Of a DNA stretch of 64,000 bases, positions 61,701-64,000 are shown in pieces. Position numbers and translations under genes: made by a program. The DNA comes from Eledone cirrhosa (Eukaryota). The stretch's first letter is position 1, and each line of letters starts with the position of its first letter. Location of the stretch: NCBI GenBank assembly GCA_964016885.1, contig OZ024740.1, positions 77,004,001 through 77,068,000 of the forward strand. Reading direction: 5' to 3'. The notes under the pieces were generated by a model. It saw only the letters and a list, made by a program, of their open reading frames with translations. It had not been told where the DNA came from and searched no databases.

Positions 61701-64000
61701 GATGTTGATGTTGGTGTTGTTATCGATGGTATTGGAGTTGGCGATGGTGTTGCTGGTGGGGCTGGAGTGCTGTTGATGTTGATGTTGGTGTTCTTAGCGA
61801 TGGTATTGGAGTTGGTGTTGGTGTTGGAGTTGGTGTTGGGGCAGGAGTGCTGTTGATGTTGATGTTGGTGTTGTTAGCGATGGTATTGGAGATGGCGTTG
61901 TTGTTGGTGTTGGGGCTGGAGTGCTATTGATGTTGATGTTGGTGTTGTTAGCGATTGTAATGGAGTTGGTGTTGGTGTTGGTGTTGGGGCTGGAGTGCTG
62001 TTGATGTTGATGTTGGTGTTGTTAGCGATGGTATTGGAGGTGGCGTTGGTGTTGGTGGTGGGGCTGGAGTGTTGTTGATATTGATGTTGGTGTTGTTAGC
62101 GATGGTATTGGAGTTGGTGTTGGTGTTGGTGGTGGGGCTGGAGTGCTGTTGATGTTGATGTTGGTGTTGTTAGCGATGGTATTGGAGGTGGTGTTGGTGT
62201 TGGTGGTGGGCTTGGAGTGCTGTTGATGTTGATGTTGGTGTTGTTAGCGATGGTATTGGAGTTGGTGTTGGTGTTGGTGGTGGGGCTGGAGTGTTGTTGA
62301 TGTTGATGTTGGTGTTGTTAGCGATGGTATTGGAGTTGGTGTTGGTGTTGGTGGTGGGGCGGGAGTGTTGTTGATGTTGATTTTGGTGTTGTTAGCGATG
62401 TTATTGGAGGTGGCGTTGGTGTTGGTGGTGGGGCTGGAGTGCTGTTGATGTTGATGTTGGTGTTGTTAGCGATGGTATTGGAGTTGGTGTTGGTGTTGGT
62501 GGTGGGGCTGGAGTGTTGTTGATGTTGATGTTGGTGTTGTTAGCGATGGTATTGGAGTTGGTGTTGGTGTTGGTGGTGGGGCTGGAGTGCTGTTGATGTT
62601 GATGTTGGTGTTGTTAGCGATGGTATTGGAGTTGGTGTTGGTGTTGGTGGTGGGGCGGTAGTGTTGTTGACGTTGATTTTGGTGTTGTTAGTGGTGTTAT
62701 TGGCGGTGGCGTTGGTGTTGGTGGTGGGGCTGGAGTGCTGTTGATGTTGATGTTGGTGTTGTTAACGATGGTATTGGAGTTGGCGTTGGTGTTGGATGTG
62801 GGGCTGGAGTGCTGTTGATGTTGATGTTGGTGTTGTTAGGGATGGTATTGGAGTTGGCGTTGGTGTTGGTGGTGGGGCTGGAGTGCTGTTGATGTTGATG
62901 TTGGTGTTGTTAGCGATGGTATTGGAGTTGGTGTTGGAGTTGGTGGTTGGGCTGGAGTGCTGTTGATGTTGATGTTGGTGTTGTTAGCGATGGTATTGGA
63001 GTTGGTGTTGGAGTTGTGGGTGGGGCTGGAGTGCTGTTGATGTTGACATTGGTGTTGTTAGCGATGGTATTGGAGTTGGCGTTGGTGTTGGTGTTGGGGC
63101 TGGAGTGTTGTTGATGTTGATGTTGGTGTTGTTAGCGATGGTATTGGAGTTGGTGTTGGTGTTGGTGGTGGGGCTGGAGTGCTGCTGATGTTGATGTTGG
63201 TGTTGTTAGCGATGGCATTGGAGCTGGCGTTGGTTTTGGTGTTGGGGCTGGAGTGCTGTTGATGTTGATGTTGGTGTTGTTAGCGATGGTATTGGAGCTG
63301 GCGTTGGTTTTGGTGGTGGGGCTGGAGTGCTGTTCATGTTGATGTTGGTGTTGTTAGCGATGGTATTGGAGCTGGCGTTGGTCTTGGTGGTGGGGCTGGA
63401 GTGCTGTTGATGTTGATGTTGGTGTTGTTAGCGATGGTATTGGAGCTGACGTTGGTTTTAGTGGTGGGGCTGGAGTGCTGTTGATGTTGATGTTGGTGTT
63501 GTTAGCGATGGTATTGGAGTTGTCGTTGGTGTTAGTGTTTATGGTGGGGCTGGAGTGCTGTTGATGTTGATGTTAGTGTTGTTAGCGATGGTATGGGAGT
63601 TGGTGTTGGTGGTGGGGTTGGAGTGCTGTTGATGTTGATGTTGGTGTTGTTAGTGATAGTATTGGAGTTGGTGTTGGAGTTGGTGTTGGGGCTGGAGTGC
63701 TGTTGATGTTGCTGTTGGTGTTGTTAGCGATGGTATTGGTGTTGGCGTTGGTGTTGGTGTTGGTGGTGGGGTTGGAGTGCTGTTGATGTTGATGTTGGTG
63801 TTGTTAGCGATGGTATTGGAGTTGACGTTGGTGTTGGTGTTGGTGGTCTGTCGTGTGTGCTGTTCATGTTGATGTTGTGTTGTTAGCGATGGTATTGGAG
63901 TTGGTGTTGGTGTTGGTGTTGGTGGTGGGGCTGGAGTGCTGTTGATGTTGATGTTGGTGTTGTTATCGATGGTATTGGAGTTGGCGATGGTGTTGCTGGT
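28736..64000 (+). repeat. 74-bp G/T-rich minisatellite/satellite array, >35 kb, open at the window end
   Basis: Consensus gctggagtgctgttgatgttgatgttggtgttgttagcgatggtattggagttggcgttggtgttggtggtggg. Length variants mostly differ by 6 bp. Roughly 450-480 units (estimated from array length). Confidence 0.98.

Noticed and set aside
28736-64000. Giant mucin-like (minus strand, Thr/Pro/Ser) or Val/Gly-rich (plus strand) coding exon
   Set aside because: The unit is 74 bp and the common variants (68, 80, 86) are also 2 mod 3, so frames rotate and hit stops every few units (TAA on minus from gttag; TGA/TAG on plus). The listed ORFs are short artefacts.
28736-64000. CRISPR-like array (constant core + variable segment)
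   Set aside because: Variable segments are hexamer copy-number variants of one sequence, not unique spacers. The context is eukaryotic and there are no cas genes.
28736-64000. True telomeric tract
   Set aside because: No tandem TTAGGG; only isolated single hexamers arising by point mutation.

Overview
Eukaryotic, gene-poor, repeat-dominated DNA. The SINE and microsatellite profile suggests an octopod cephalopod (inference from recalled repeat motifs, not a database result). I found no supportable host gene, rRNA, tRNA gene or CRISPR array. 1-6803: a stack of five same-orientation Tx1/L1-type non-LTR retrotransposon copies on the minus strand (four 5'-truncated, one near full length and decayed), with every junction formed by (GATA)n. 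6.8-26.9 kb: a mosaic of tRNA-head SINEs, a ~0.6-kb non-coding retro-element embedded in (CATA)n, relics of CR1/L2-, RTE- and Penelope-like elements, two hammerhead-ribozyme-like motifs, several foldback palindromes and many microsatellites. ~26.95-64 kb: a G/T-skewed array that begins as degenerate (GGT)n and grades into a non-coding 74-bp minisatellite with nested higher-order duplications, running off the window end. The most notable signals are microsatellite-specific retroelement targeting, a visible microsatellite-to-satellite transition with a double foldback scar at its edge, and the minimal hammerhead motifs.
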